A stretch of DNA of 64,000 nucleotides. It comes from Rhina ancylostomus (taxonomy: Eukaryota). A program made the position numbers and the translations under genes. Under the pieces are notes generated by a model. It searched no databases, was not told where the DNA came from, and saw nothing but the letters and a program-made list of their open reading frames with translations. Shown piece by piece: positions 63,103 through 64,000 of this stretch. How positions within the stretch are numbered: position 1 is the first letter of the stretch; every line of letters begins with the position of its first letter. Location of the stretch: NCBI GenBank assembly GCA_030265395.1, contig JARFYF010000050.1, forward strand, positions 22,729,076-22,793,075, given 5' to 3'.

Positions 63103-63252
63103 GGTTGAAGACCTGTCATCAGAAGGGGTAAGAATCTTGACCCCTTCTAATGCCAGGTCTTCAACCTGAAAAGTTTTTCTTTCCTGACCTGCAGAGTGTT
63201 TCCAAGATCTTTTGCTTTTATTTCAGATTTCCTACATCTAGACTTTCCTGTC
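63103..63252 (+). mobile_element. PLE terminal fragment with 64-nt fold-back
   Basis: ggttgaagacctg/caggtcttcaacc inverted arms; downstream cctgacctgcagag..tttcagatttcc. Confidence 0.7.
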
Positions 63253-63269
63253 TAAACCTTGCTAAAACC

Positions 63270-63822
63270 CATATAGACAACATTAAGTTTTCCTTGACTG
63301 TCCTGCTGGTCTTGATTAACCTATGTCTTTCTGAATGAAAATTTATGCTCTTCCTCAGCACTGATTCCAACAATTTGCCTACAATCCAAATTAAACTAAC
63401 TGATATATAATTTCTTGGTTTATCACTTCCTTTTACAACTCTCATTTTACAGAAGCAACAAGCAATTTGTTGGAGGAACTCAGCGAGTTGAGCATCATCT
63501 GTGGGGGGAAGGAACTGTCGAAGTTTCGGGTTAAAATCTTGCATGGGTCGTAATGCAGTGTTTGGACCCAGAATGTCAACAAGCCCTTTCCTCCCACAGA
63601 TGCTGCTCGACCTGCTGAGTCCCTCCAGCAGATTGCTCCTGCAGATTCCAGCGGCTGCAGTCCCTTGTGTCTCTACAACTTTACAGAACATTGCTGCAGC
63701 CAGAAAGGCTTGAAAAATCGTTGTCAAAACCTTTGCAATTTCATCCCTTGTTTTGTCTAACAGCCTGGGATATATTTTATCTGGGGCTGGTGACTTCTTC
63801 ACTTTCAAAGACGCTAAACCCC
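63270..63822 (-). mobile_element. CR1 RT fragment interrupted by a PLE fold-back
   Basis: LKVKKSPAPDKIYPRLL..EIAKVLTTIF and DKPRNYISVSL..VGKLLESVLR. Confidence 0.85.
63455..63673 (+). mobile_element. fold-back pair of PLE terminal fragments with TSD
   Basis: Two opposed arms meeting at ~63548; flanks tttacagaa at 63446-63454 and 63680-63688. Confidence 0.85.
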
Positions 63823-63939
63823 TAAAGAACATATGAAATGGAAGCAGGCATTGCTCTTTCTGCTCCTCATATCTGCTCTGTCATTCATTGATCATGGCTC
63901 ACCCTCCCCGAACTAACACTACATCCCTCAATTTCCTTA

Positions 63940-64000
63940 GGACAGCTTCTACCCCACTGTAATAAGACTACTGAACGGTTCCCTTATACAATGAGATGGA
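63940..64000 (+). mobile_element. Rex1/Babar 3' fragment (continues out of window)
   Basis: gacagcttctaccccactgtaataagactactgaac matches ~32845-32880. Confidence 0.75.

Overview
This is not prokaryotic DNA. It is AT-rich, repeat-dense vertebrate genomic sequence from a gapped draft assembly. The repeat set (HE1/V-SINEs, CR1/HER1 LINEs, Rex1/Babar, DeuSINE/SacSINE1-like, L2, RTE, Penelope-like) points to a cartilaginous fish, probably a batoid (inference). No host protein-coding gene can be named: the supplied ORFs are retroelement debris, gap-spanning artefacts or chance, and only a few isolated candidate exons and a CpG-rich, TATA-associated candidate promoter near 54.7-55.3 kb are visible. 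The most notable signal is about a dozen short Penelope-like (PLE) terminal fragments carrying decayed minimal type-I hammerhead ribozymes (HHR). Most begin within about 10 nt of the ribozyme 5' edge, many are fold-back (inverted) insertions with target-site duplications (TSD), and a subset shares a C at the core position that is normally A. Also found: a twin-priming-type inverted PLE GIY-YIG fragment with a solo LTR nested in it, a second solo LTR with a perfect 5-bp TSD nested in a Rex1 tail, and V-SINEs sharing one core but carrying either CR1-type or Rex1-type tails. All family calls are by eye from remembered motifs; no search was run and boundaries are approximate.
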